Below are positions 1 to 8,522 of a stretch of 32,000 nucleotides of DNA, one piece after another. The stretch spans positions 240,001 to 272,000 of the forward strand of contig NC_016012.1 in NCBI RefSeq assembly GCF_000283555.1. Direction: 5' to 3'. Made by a program: the position numbers and the translations under genes. Each line of letters begins with the position of its first letter. Positions within the stretch are counted from its first letter, which is position 1. The notes below the pieces were generated by a model. The model was not told where the DNA came from. It did no database searches and saw only the letters and a program-made list of their open reading frames with translations. This stretch comes from Candidatus Arthromitus sp. SFB-rat-Yit (lineage in GTDB: Bacteria; Bacillota; Clostridia; Clostridiales; Clostridiaceae).

Positions 1-1
1 T

Positions 2-643
2 GAGTATCAAATAGAGTCTTATTTTGATTACATGATAAAGTATAGTGGAGCAAGTGGATATGCATTTAAATCTATTGTTGCATCTGGAGATAATGCTGTA
101 ATACTCCATTACATAGAAAATAACAGTAAAATTAAAGATGGTGATTTAGTTTTATTTGATCTTGGAGCGGAGAAGGATTTTTATAGAGCGGATATATCTA
201 GAACTTTTCCGTCAAATGGGAAATTTACAGATAGGCAAAAGGAAATATACTCTATAGTTTTAGAAGCTCAGCTTAGAGTTATTGATGCGATTTGTCCTGG
301 AGTTTCTCAAAGTGATTTAAATGAAATTGCAAAAGAACATTTATATTTAGGGCTTAAAAGGATAGGAAAGATATCAAATAGAGATGAGTTATCTAATTAT
401 TATTATCATGGGATAGGTCATTTGCTTGGTCTTGATACTCATGATGTTGGTGGAAGAGATTTTGTATATAAAGAAGGAATGGTTGTAACTGTTGAGCCAG
501 GGCTTTATCTAAAAGATGAAGGTATAGGAATTAGAATAGAAGATGATATTTTGGTGACAAAAGATGGGCATGAGGTTTTATCAGAAGGTATAATTAAAAC
601 TGTTGATGAGATTGAAAAATTTATGGGAGAAAATTGTAATTAA
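2..643 (+). CDS. pepP: Xaa-Pro aminopeptidase/dipeptidase, peptidase family M24B (C-terminal part; gene begins upstream of the window)
   Basis: The frame is open from the window edge (EYQIESYFDY precedes the listed Met at 32), so the 5' end is cut by the window. M24 pita-bread metal-ligand motifs are present: FDLGAEKDFYRADISRTF, HGIGHLLGLDTHD, VTVEPGLY, GIRIEDDILVT. Confidence 0.85.
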   Translation, partial: EYQIESYFDYMIKYSGASGYAFKSIVASGDNAVILHYIENNSKIKDGDLVLFDLGAEKDFYRADISRTFPSNGKFTDRQKEIYSIVLEAQLRVIDAICPGVSQSDLNEIAKEHLYLGLKRIGKISNRDELSNYYYHGIGHLLGLDTHDVGGRDFVYKEGMVVTVEPGLYLKDEGIGIRIEDDILVTKDGHEVLSEGIIKTVDEIEKFMGENCN

Positions 644-657
644 CTAATGGAGGTAAG

Positions 658-1452
658 ATGGATAAGATAGCATTTCCTAATCTTGGATTGGAATTTATGG
701 TAAATAAGATTGCTTTTTCTATTTTTGGTGTAGATATTGCTTGGTATGCTATTATAATTACAATTGGTATTATAGTGGCTATGATAATTTCATATAGAAA
801 TGCAAAGAGTATTGGGTTAGATACTGAAAGATTTATGGATATGTTTTTTTATATGATAGTGTTTGGGGTAATAGGTGCGAGAATTTATTATGTGATATTT
901 AATTTTAGTTTATATAAAGATAATCTTTTAAGTGTGTTTAATATAAGAGAAGGCGGAATTGCAATTTATGGTGCGGTATTATTCGGGGCACTTACGGTGT
1001 TTATTTATACTAAGATAAAGAAACAGAATTTTTTAGATTGTACAGATTGTATAGTTCCAGGGCTTGCAATTGCTCAAGGTATAGGAAGATGGGGTAATTT
1101 TATAAATCAAGAGGCATATGGTTATGAGACAAATTCACTCTTTGGTATGAGTATTAATGAAGGAAATAGAATTATAACAGTTCATCCGACTTTTTTGTAT
1201 GAGAGCGTACTTAATATATTTGTGTTTATTGTTCTTATTATATTTTTTAACAAGTATAGGAAAAATTCTGGAGAGGTAACGTGTATATACGGAGTGCTCT
1301 ATGGAATTGGAAGATTTTTTATAGAGGGAATGAGAACAGATAGTTTATATTTAGGAGCGTTTCGCGTATCGCAGATTGTATCGCTTGTATTTGTTGTAAT
1401 TGGTATAGGATTATTTATGTATTTAAGATCTAATAATAAGATTAAAGAATAG
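658..1452 (+). CDS. lgt: Prolipoprotein diacylglyceryl transferase
   Basis: GGAGG lies just upstream of the ATG. The product is a polytopic membrane protein with the Lgt signature GRWGNFINQEAYG and the C-terminal GRFFIEGMRTD block. Confidence 0.9.
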   Translation: MDKIAFPNLGLEFMVNKIAFSIFGVDIAWYAIIITIGIIVAMIISYRNAKSIGLDTERFMDMFFYMIVFGVIGARIYYVIFNFSLYKDNLLSVFNIREGGIAIYGAVLFGALTVFIYTKIKKQNFLDCTDCIVPGLAIAQGIGRWGNFINQEAYGYETNSLFGMSINEGNRIITVHPTFLYESVLNIFVFIVLIIFFNKYRKNSGEVTCIYGVLYGIGRFFIEGMRTDSLYLGAFRVSQIVSLVFVVIGIGLFMYLRSNNKIKE

Positions 1453-1482
1453 CTCGCGCGTGTGAGCTATTCTTATTTTTTT
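1448..1482 (+). terminator. Rho-independent terminator between convergent lgt and the 1486-2103 gene (possibly bidirectional)
   Basis: Stem aatagctc (1448-1455) pairs with gagctatt (1464-1471) around the loop gcgcgtgt, followed by cttattttttt. It overlaps the lgt stop codon. Confidence 0.6.
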
Positions 1483-1485
1483 GAA

Positions 1486-2103
1486 TTATTTTACTTGAGT
1501 TATAGTTGTGTTTCCGTTTAAATTTTTAACTTGAAATTTTACAGTTGATGTTTTTTTGCCTGATGTTTTACTACCAGATGTTTTTTTTGATGAAGTAGCA
1601 AGTTGTTTTTCAAGTGTTTTCATTTGAGTTTGTGGGGCTGGATGCACTGTAACATCACTACCAGTAGTAGTAACTTTTTTTGCAGTATATACTCCATCTT
1701 GAACTTTATGTTCATTAGTGTGTTTATCAAATGCTTTGTTATCTACTTGTGTTTGGTTTTTAGGCATTCCTTGGAATGGTGTTCCGTTTGATGTAACTTT
1801 TCCAGAGTTTATTGCTCCTGTAGATCCAGTTAATCCTCTTGAAGTATTAGTTTTTGATCCATCTTTGTGAGTTTTCGTGTTGTTGGAAAATGCACTGTTA
1901 TTTACTAATGATACAGTTTTAGGTGTTCCAAGGTATGATGTTCCAGTTGATGTGGATCTTCCAGTTAAAATATTTCTAAGTCCCCCAAAAATTCTCATCA
2001 TTGCATTAGTTTCTTGAGCCTTTGACATGGTAGCTGCTCCTATACCTATAGCTGATACTGCTGCTAGGGTAAGTGCTATTCTCTTTTTAGCGTTTTTTTT
2101 CAT
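1486..2103 (-). CDS. Secreted or membrane-anchored low-complexity protein (Ser/Thr/Lys/Asn/Gly-rich), paralogue of 2219-3082; no family recognised
   Basis: The minus strand has a strong RBS (aaaaggagaataattt-ATG). The N-terminus is a basic plus hydrophobic signal/anchor, KKRIALTLAAVSAIGIGAATMSKA. It shares the blocks MRIFGGLRNILTGR and NGTPFQGMPKNQTQVDNKAF (a second copy is YLGTPKTVSLVNNSAF) with the neighbouring gene. Confidence 0.75.
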   Translation of the reverse strand: MKKNAKKRIALTLAAVSAIGIGAATMSKAQETNAMMRIFGGLRNILTGRSTSTGTSYLGTPKTVSLVNNSAFSNNTKTHKDGSKTNTSRGLTGSTGAINSGKVTSNGTPFQGMPKNQTQVDNKAFDKHTNEHKVQDGVYTAKKVTTTGSDVTVHPAPQTQMKTLEKQLATSSKKTSGSKTSGKKTSTVKFQVKNLNGNTTITQVK

Positions 2104-2218
2104 AAATTATTCTCCTTTTATTTTTGGTTACCTTTATATTATCGTTTAGTAAATATTTGAGTTTGATATGAAGTTTGAAATTTATGTTAGAATAGTTCGT
2201 GTATGGATAGAAATATTT

Positions 2219-3082
2219 TTATTTTTTCAGATTTAAACTTTTAGAATCTTCAAGGCGTCTATCTTCAGCTCTTTTCTCTAAAGTGTTTAGCTTACTTTTA
2301 AGACCTTCATATTCTGGGAAGAATTTTTTATCATCTCTTCCTGTTGTTTCGGCACTTTTTAAAGTTTGATTGTTGCTACTTGGAGTTTGAGTTTCTTTAT
2401 CTGTTTTTATAAGAGTTTGAGTGCTGTTATCTACTTTTGTAGGTGTTTGAGTGCTTTTTGTATTATTAGATTTAACTTCTGTAGAACTTGCATTGAATTT
2501 TTTAACAAGTGATTTTACGTATCCAGGAGTTTGAGTTTCCTTGTCTGTTTTTATAGGAGTTTGAGTGCTGTTATCTACTTTTGTAGGTGTTTGAGTACTT
2601 TTATCTACCTTTGTAGGAGTTTGAGTGCTTTTTGTATTATTAGATTTAACTTCTGTAGAAAGTGCATTGAATTTTGCAATAAGTGATTTTACGTGTCCAG
2701 GAGTTTGAGTTGCCTTATCGGATGTTGCGTTTGTTTGAGTTTTAACTGATACAGATGAACCCGTTTGTGTTCCTATTGAAGTTGTATTAACTGTTTGTGT
2801 TGATTTATTGGATGTATTAGGTGTTTGAGTTCCAACAGTTTTATTTTTAGATGTTACATTGAAGGCTTTGTTATTTACAAGTGATCTGTTCCCTGGTATT
2901 CCTTGGAAAGTTAGCCCGTTTGATACTTGTCTTCCAGGTTTTATAGTACTAAGTCCTCCTAGTATTCTAAGTGCTTTTGCTTCTTTTATATTTGATAAAA
3001 CTACTGATCCTACACCTATAGCTGATATTGCCGCTAGAGTAAGTGCTATTGCTTTTGATGAATTTTTAATCTTTTTGTTCAT
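2219..3082 (-). CDS. Secreted or membrane-anchored Thr/Gln/Lys-rich tandem-repeat protein, paralogue of 1486-2103; no family recognised
   Basis: The minus strand has the RBS aaaaaggagaatcttt-ATG. The N-terminal signal/anchor is AIALTLAAISAIGVGSVVL. The conserved blocks LRILGGLSTIKPGR and NGLTFQGIPGNRSLVNNKAF are present. The centre carries 58-aa and 48-aa tandem repeats built from 10-aa (K/N)STQTP(T/I)K(V/T)D units. Confidence 0.75.
   Translation of the reverse strand: MNKKIKNSSKAIALTLAAISAIGVGSVVLSNIKEAKALRILGGLSTIKPGRQVSNGLTFQGIPGNRSLVNNKAFNVTSKNKTVGTQTPNTSNKSTQTVNTTSIGTQTGSSVSVKTQTNATSDKATQTPGHVKSLIAKFNALSTEVKSNNTKSTQTPTKVDKSTQTPTKVDNSTQTPIKTDKETQTPGYVKSLVKKFNASSTEVKSNNTKSTQTPTKVDNSTQTLIKTDKETQTPSSNNQTLKSAETTGRDDKKFFPEYEGLKSKLNTLEKRAEDRRLEDSKSLNLKK
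2382..2699 (-). repeat. In-frame tandem duplication (144 bp + 174 bp) inside the 2219-3082 CDS, with nested 30-bp sub-repeats
   Basis: ggagtttgagtttc recurs at 2382 and 2526, and ggagtttgagtt recurs at 2700. The units encode TQTPG(H/Y)VKSL..KFNA.STEVKSNNTKSTQTPTKVD...KTDKE. They differ by one 30-bp STQTPTKVD(K/N) sub-unit. Confidence 0.85.
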
Positions 3083-3274
3083 AAAGATTCTCCTTTTTTA
3101 TTGCGCTTACTCTCATATTATCGTTGCGTAAATATTTGGGATTAACGTTTATGTTATAAAATAAAATGTTTAAATTGTTTTATTTTATTTTTTATAGTGA
3201 TAAAATAAGATATATGTTTCTTTAGGAGGTGCAAATAAGTATTTATAGATAGGTATTTATAAGTACAGTTTGTT

Positions 3275-4396
3275 ATGGATAGGGATAATAAAATCATGGA
3301 AGAATCGTTAAATTTTAAAAAAATAAAAAAGGGATCAATATTAAAAGGGGAAGTTATATCATCATATAAAGATGAGGTTGTTGTTAATATAAATTATTTT
3401 TGTGATGGTATAATAAAGAGAGATGAGCTTTTAGGTGAAGATTATGAAAAAGGAAGTAGCATAGATGTTTATGTTGTATCTCTTGACGATGGTTTTGGTA
3501 ATATAGTACTTTCTGAGAAAAAGGCGAGTTATATAAATGCTTTAAATAAACTTAAGTTTATATTGAAAAGTGGAGATAAGGTTTCTGTTTATATTAAAGA
3601 CAGGGTTAACTCTGGACTTATTTGTGAATATAAGGGAATTCGAGGATTTATACCTGGATCTAGAGTGTCGACACATAAAGTTAATTTAAACGATTATATA
3701 GGTAAAAATTTAGAGGTTATACTTATAGAGCTCGATTTAAATAAAAATAGAGTTATATTTTCAGCCAAAGAAATCGAAATGGATAGGGAAGCCAAAGAGA
3801 GGGCTAAATTTTTGGAATCATTAAATGTTGGAGATAAGTTTTTAGGTAGGGTTAAGAGTGTAAAAGATTTTGGGGCTTTTATAGATATTTCAGGAGTTCA
3901 GGCATTTATACATAAATCAGAAGTTTCAAATAAACATAATTTTGATATTAATAGTATACTAAAAGTATCTGAAAAGGTTAGTGTTTCTGTATTAGAAGTC
4001 GATAAAGAAAATAATAAGATATATTTAACCATGAAAGAAAGTAACTATAATCCTTATTTAGAATATAAAAATGATTTTATCGAAGGTAACATATATGATG
4101 TAGTTGTGGTTAAAATATTAAGTTATGGTCTTATAGTATCTTTAAATGATTATCTTACAGGGTTTATTCACGTAAGTGAGATTTCGGATGAACATGTAAA
4201 TTTAAATAAATTGTTTAAAATAGGAGATAGTATAAGAGCAAAAATAATATGTAAAGATGATCAGGAAAATAAAATATCTCTAAGTTGTAGGGATACAGAT
4301 GAATGCACAAAAAATGAAAGTGGATATATTGATGAAAATCCACAAAATGATACTTTAGGGGAAGTTTTTAAAGATATATTTTTAAAATTAAGATAA
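3275..4396 (+). CDS. rpsA: S1 RNA-binding domain protein (30S ribosomal protein S1-like, four S1 repeats)
   Basis: Four OB-fold S1 repeats are visible: GSILKGEVISSYKDEVVVNI; GDKVSVYIKDRVNSGLICEY..GFIPGSRVS; GDKFLGRVKSVKDFGAFIDISGVQAFIHKSEVS; GNIYDVVVVKILSYGLIVSL..GFIHVSEIS. The start is uncertain (ATG at 3275 or 3296, with no clear RBS). Confidence 0.8.
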   Translation: MDRDNKIMEESLNFKKIKKGSILKGEVISSYKDEVVVNINYFCDGIIKRDELLGEDYEKGSSIDVYVVSLDDGFGNIVLSEKKASYINALNKLKFILKSGDKVSVYIKDRVNSGLICEYKGIRGFIPGSRVSTHKVNLNDYIGKNLEVILIELDLNKNRVIFSAKEIEMDREAKERAKFLESLNVGDKFLGRVKSVKDFGAFIDISGVQAFIHKSEVSNKHNFDINSILKVSEKVSVSVLEVDKENNKIYLTMKESNYNPYLEYKNDFIEGNIYDVVVVKILSYGLIVSLNDYLTGFIHVSEISDEHVNLNKLFKIGDSIRAKIICKDDQENKISLSCRDTDECTKNESGYIDENPQNDTLGEVFKDIFLKLR

Positions 4397-4418
4397 TAGG
4401 AAAGAGGAAGTTATTATT

Positions 4419-5873
4419 ATGAGTAGGGTTTTAGATAATATTGAACCAAGAGAAGTTTTTAAGTATTTTGAAGATATAAGTATGATACCAAGACCTTCTA
4501 ACGATGAAAAAAGAATAAGTGATTATTTGATGAATTTTGCAAAAGAGTTAGGGATAGAAGTTGTTCAAGATGAGAGTCTTAATATATATATGAGAAAACC
4601 TGCAACGAAAGGTTATGAAAATGGTAAAACAGTAATACTTCAAGGTCATATGGATATGGTTTGTGAGAAAAATGAGGGAATAGAGCATGACTTTTATAAA
4701 GATCCATTGAAGATTAGAGTTATTGGAGATAAGATTTATGCAACTGATACAACTCTTGGTGCCGATAACGGTATAGCTGTTGCATATATTATGGCTATAA
4801 TGGCATCTAAAGATATTGATCATCCAGAATTAGAAGCTCTCATAACTGTTGGAGAGGAAACTAGTATGGTTGGGGCTAAAAATTTTAATCCTGAATTTTT
4901 TAGAGGTAAATATTTAATTAATATAGATTCTGTTGATGATTCTAATCTTTTAGTTAGTTGTGCAGGTGGTATGCGTACAACTGTTATGAAGAAAGTTACA
5001 ACTGAAGAAGCAAAGGGTGTAGTTATAAGTATAAAAGTTAGAGGGCTTAAAGGTGGACATTCTGGAGTTGATATAAATAAAGAGAGAGGAAATGCAAACA
5101 AAATTTTATCAAGAATTTTGATAAATGTTGAAAAAAATTATTCTAATATAAATATTGTATCCATATCTGGAGGAGCAAAGGATAATGCTATTCCAAGGGA
5201 AGCTACATGTGAAATTAGGGTTGATCTTGAGGATATAGATAATGCAATACTTTCTATAAAATCTGCAGAGGATGTTATTAGAGGTGAGCTTGAGGGAGAA
5301 GAAGATTTTTATGTAGAGGTTTCTAAAAGAGATGTTCCATCAAGGGAAGATATGATAAGTACTAGAGATTCAAAAGATTTAATAGAACTTATGTATTTAA
5401 TGCCAAATGGTATTATATCAAGCTCCGTTGATATAGAAGGATTGGTTGTAACATCAAATAATTTTGGAGTTATAGAGTATGATGGAGAAACAGTTATACT
5501 TAAAAATGCAGTTAGGAGTTCTATAGGATCTGCGATGTATAATGTCGCACGTAGTATAGATGTACTTAGTAGAGCGTTTAGGGCAGTTGTAAAAGAATCT
5601 GATCCATATCCTGGATGGAAATATGATAAAGAATCAAACTTGCGTGAAATATCACAAGAGGCATATAGAGAAATATTTGGAGAAGAAATGGGAATTTATG
5701 CAATTCATGCTGGTGTTGAATGTGGTATCATAAAGGAAAAATTACCTGAGTTAGATATGGTATCTTTTGGACCGCTTGTTAAAGATAATCATACACCAGG
5801 AGAATGGGTTTCAATATCTTCTTCAAATAAGGTGTGGATTTTATTAAAAGGAATATTGAAAAAAATAAAATAG
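4419..5873 (+). CDS. pepD: Aminoacyl-histidine (Xaa-His) dipeptidase, peptidase family M20C
   Basis: An aagaggaag RBS is present. PepD-type motifs are MIPRPSNDEKRISDYL, RKPATKGYENGKTVILQGHMDMVCEKN, TTLGADNGIAVA and GEETSMVGA. The length is 484 aa. Confidence 0.9.
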   Translation: MSRVLDNIEPREVFKYFEDISMIPRPSNDEKRISDYLMNFAKELGIEVVQDESLNIYMRKPATKGYENGKTVILQGHMDMVCEKNEGIEHDFYKDPLKIRVIGDKIYATDTTLGADNGIAVAYIMAIMASKDIDHPELEALITVGEETSMVGAKNFNPEFFRGKYLINIDSVDDSNLLVSCAGGMRTTVMKKVTTEEAKGVVISIKVRGLKGGHSGVDINKERGNANKILSRILINVEKNYSNINIVSISGGAKDNAIPREATCEIRVDLEDIDNAILSIKSAEDVIRGELEGEEDFYVEVSKRDVPSREDMISTRDSKDLIELMYLMPNGIISSSVDIEGLVVTSNNFGVIEYDGETVILKNAVRSSIGSAMYNVARSIDVLSRAFRAVVKESDPYPGWKYDKESNLREISQEAYREIFGEEMGIYAIHAGVECGIIKEKLPELDMVSFGPLVKDNHTPGEWVSISSSNKVWILLKGILKKIK

Positions 5874-5910
5874 TAATATTAGTTAAGATAGTAAAAGTGG
5901 AGGATTTTTA

Positions 5911-6711
5911 ATGAAGACTTCAAGAATTAAGGATAGGCGAGAAAAATTTGGCATTAAAGATTTAATGTTTATAATTTCTATAGCAAATGTATTAGTTTAT
6001 ATTTTATCAATTTTTGGAAATATGAATTTATCGTTGGCTCTTGCACTTATTCCAGAGAAAGTTTTACAAGGAGAAATTTGGAGGCTTGTAAGTTATATTT
6101 TTATACCTCCAACATTTGATCCTATTTTCTTTATATTTGTAGTATATTTTTATGTTTTTATAGGACGTGAACTTGAAAAATATTGGGGTACATTTAAATT
6201 TAATATATATTATTTTACAGGAGTGATAATAATATCCTTAGTATCTATGATATTTAGAGTGCCTGTTGTTAGTGTTTCGAATTTAAATATGTCATTATTT
6301 TTAGCTTATGCACTTTTGAATTCTGAACATTTAGTTTATTTGTTTATGGTTATTCCGATTAAGATGAAATATATTGCAATAGTTTTTGGAACACTACTAG
6401 TATATGAATTTATAAATGCAAGTTTTTGGCAGCTTAAAATTATAGTATTAGCACCTATTATTAATCTTCTTATATTTTTTGTGCCACATTTTATTAAGAA
6501 AACATCTAGTAATGTTAGTGCAAGAAGGCGTGCGCAAGAATTTGAAAGTAAAGTTTTAAAGTTTGAAAAAAAGGAATCTTTTGCACATAAGTGCTATATT
6601 TGTGGAAAAACTGATAAAAGTGATGAGAATATGGACTTTAGATATTGTTCGAAGTGCAATGGTGAGTATGAATATTGTAGTGATCATATTTTTGATCATG
6701 AACATAAATAA
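5911..6711 (+). CDS. Rhomboid-fold membrane protein (catalytic residues apparently missing) with C-terminal Cys-rich zinc ribbon
   Basis: A GGAGG RBS is present and the protein has several TM helices. It carries the rhomboid-type GEIWRLVSYIF and GRELEKYWGTFKF blocks. I could find no GxSG or TM6 His. The C-terminal tail HKCYICGKT...YCSKCNGEYEYCSDHIFDHEH has paired CxxC knuckles. Confidence 0.6.
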   Translation: MKTSRIKDRREKFGIKDLMFIISIANVLVYILSIFGNMNLSLALALIPEKVLQGEIWRLVSYIFIPPTFDPIFFIFVVYFYVFIGRELEKYWGTFKFNIYYFTGVIIISLVSMIFRVPVVSVSNLNMSLFLAYALLNSEHLVYLFMVIPIKMKYIAIVFGTLLVYEFINASFWQLKIIVLAPIINLLIFFVPHFIKKTSSNVSARRRAQEFESKVLKFEKKESFAHKCYICGKTDKSDENMDFRYCSKCNGEYEYCSDHIFDHEHK

Positions 6712-6714
6712 AAA

Positions 6715-6743
6715 ATAACCGGATATGATTCGGTTATTTTTTT
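6715..6743 (+). terminator. Rho-independent terminator
   Basis: Stem ataaccg (6715-6721) pairs with cggttat (6731-6737) across a 9-nt loop, followed by a T6 run. Confidence 0.7.
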
Positions 6744-6795
6744 ATGTAAATTTATCATAATATAATAATATAAGTATAAATATAGGGGGATTTTG

Positions 6796-7263
6796 ATGAG
6801 ATTAAAATTTAAAAATATAAGAGTTCTAATATTTGCACTTATATTTAATTTTTTGGGAGGGTATATATCAAGTGTTTTATCAGGAGATCTTAAACTTATA
6901 TATGATTCTTTGAAAAAACCGTCATTTTCTGTTCCGAGTAATTTATTTCCTATAGTTTGGGGAATACTTTATTTGCTAATTGCTATAGCAGTGTATTTGA
7001 ATTATAAAAATGGTGGAAGGAATTTTATTTCATATATTTTTTCCATGCTTATTAATTTTTCTTGGAGTATTGTGTTTTTTGCACAAAGATTATATGGTAT
7101 AGGATTTTTTATTATATTATTTCTTATTGTATTTTCTATATATTTAGGTATAAAATATTTTAAAAATTCAAAAATTGCATCCTTTATTATGTTTATATAT
7201 ATAATTTGGTTAACTTATGCAGGGGTCCTTAATTATTTTATATGGATGTATAATGAGATGTAG
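6796..7263 (+). CDS. tspO: TspO/MBR family tryptophan-rich sensory protein
   Basis: This is a five-TM, roughly 155-aa protein with the TspO-like block KPSFSVPSNLFPIVWGILYLLIAIAVY and an aromatic-rich C-terminus. The track starts at TTG 6793. ATG 6796, preceded by ggggga, is more plausible. Confidence 0.8.
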   Translation: MRLKFKNIRVLIFALIFNFLGGYISSVLSGDLKLIYDSLKKPSFSVPSNLFPIVWGILYLLIAIAVYLNYKNGGRNFISYIFSMLINFSWSIVFFAQRLYGIGFFIILFLIVFSIYLGIKYFKNSKIASFIMFIYIIWLTYAGVLNYFIWMYNEM

Positions 7264-7293
7264 ATGTATTATGTTTTGATAGGAGTTTGGTTT

Positions 7294-8451
7294 ATGTTAA
7301 TAAGAAATGGTAAAATTTATACTATGAGCGATCAAGGGATATTAGATAATGGAGATATTAGAATTGAAAATGGAAAGATAGTAGAAATAGGTAAAGGATT
7401 GAAAGTACATAATGAAGAAGAAGTTATAGAATTAAATTCTGAGTTTGTATATCCTGGATTTATTGATTCACATTGTCATATGGGATTGTATGAATGGGGT
7501 ATGGGATTTGAAGGTGCGGATGGAAATGAGATGACAGATCCTATAACACCTCAAATGAGATCAATCGATGCTATAAATCCATTTGATGAATGTTTTAAAT
7601 ACGCAAGAGAAGGTGGGGTTACAACTGTAGTATCAGGACCTGGGAGTGCTAATGTTTGTGGAGGAGTGTTTGGGGCTTTTAAGACTTATGGAGAGTGTAT
7701 TGATGAAATGGTAGTTAAAAATCCCATAGGGATGAAAGTTGCTTTTGGAGAAAATCCAAAAAGAGTATATAATTCAAAATCTAAAATGCCTATGACTAGA
7801 ATGGGTACAGCAGCTCTTTTAAGAACACTTATAGTTAATTCTATAAATTATTTAAATAAGAAGAAAGATGCGGAGAAGGAAAATAAGTTTTTTGATATTA
7901 ACTTAAAATATGAAGCTATGATACCTGTTTTAAATAAAGAAATACCACTTAAAGCTCACTGTCATAGGGCAGATGATATTTTAACAGCTATAAGGATTGC
8001 AAAAGAATTTAATCTTAATTTGACACTTGATCATTGTACTGAGGGTCATTTGGTATCAAAATACATAAAGGATTCTGGATATCCAGCAATTGTAGGTCCA
8101 ACCATGACTATGGCATCTAAGATAGAACTTAATAATAAAACGTTTGATACACCTAGTGTGTTAATTAATGAGGGTATAAAAGTTGCAATAACAACCGATC
8201 ATCCAGTAATAGAGCAACAATATCTTCCATTATGTGCAGGACTTGCAATGAAAGATACTGGACTTAGCGAAATGGATGCGTTACGTGCAATAACTATTAA
8301 TCCAGCTGAGATAGTTAATATACATGATAGAGTTGGAAGTATTGAAACTGGAAAAGATGCTGATATAGTTATATTTGATAAGAGTGCTTTAATATCGGAT
8401 TCAAAATGTTTATATACAATAATTGATGGAAAGATAGTTTATAGTGTGTAA
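7294..8451 (+). CDS. Metal-dependent amidohydrolase family protein
   Basis: It has the HxH motif GFIDSHCHMG, later KAHCHRADD, LDHCTEG and the ITTDHPV Asp, and the C-terminal GSIETGKDADIVIFD. The track start is 7264. ATG 7294 (MLIRNGKIYT) has AGGAG 8 nt upstream and matches the usual family N-terminus. Confidence 0.8.
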   Translation: MLIRNGKIYTMSDQGILDNGDIRIENGKIVEIGKGLKVHNEEEVIELNSEFVYPGFIDSHCHMGLYEWGMGFEGADGNEMTDPITPQMRSIDAINPFDECFKYAREGGVTTVVSGPGSANVCGGVFGAFKTYGECIDEMVVKNPIGMKVAFGENPKRVYNSKSKMPMTRMGTAALLRTLIVNSINYLNKKKDAEKENKFFDINLKYEAMIPVLNKEIPLKAHCHRADDILTAIRIAKEFNLNLTLDHCTEGHLVSKYIKDSGYPAIVGPTMTMASKIELNNKTFDTPSVLINEGIKVAITTDHPVIEQQYLPLCAGLAMKDTGLSEMDALRAITINPAEIVNIHDRVGSIETGKDADIVIFDKSALISDSKCLYTIIDGKIVYSV

Positions 8452-8466
8452 TAATTGGAAATAAAA

Positions 8467-8497
8467 AATGTAATACTAAGTTTGTATTACATTTTTT
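8467..8497 (+). terminator. Rho-independent terminator
   Basis: Stem aatgtaatac (8467-8476) pairs with gtattacatt (8484-8493) around the loop taagttt, followed by a T-run. Confidence 0.75.
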
Positions 8498-8522
8498 ACT
8501 ATGTTAAGATTAGGAATGATTT

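Noticed and set aside
2382-2699. Short-period direct repeats as a possible CRISPR array
   Set aside because: The repeats are in frame within a CDS with no unique spacers of regular length, and there are no cas genes. They are protein tandem repeats.
7264-7293. Track start codons 7264 (amidohydrolase), 6793 (tspO) and 16616 (transglycosylase)
   Set aside because: Downstream in-frame ATGs at 7294, 6796 and 16637 have better Shine-Dalgarno spacing and give N-termini typical of the families. The upstream extensions are probably not translated, though this is not proven.
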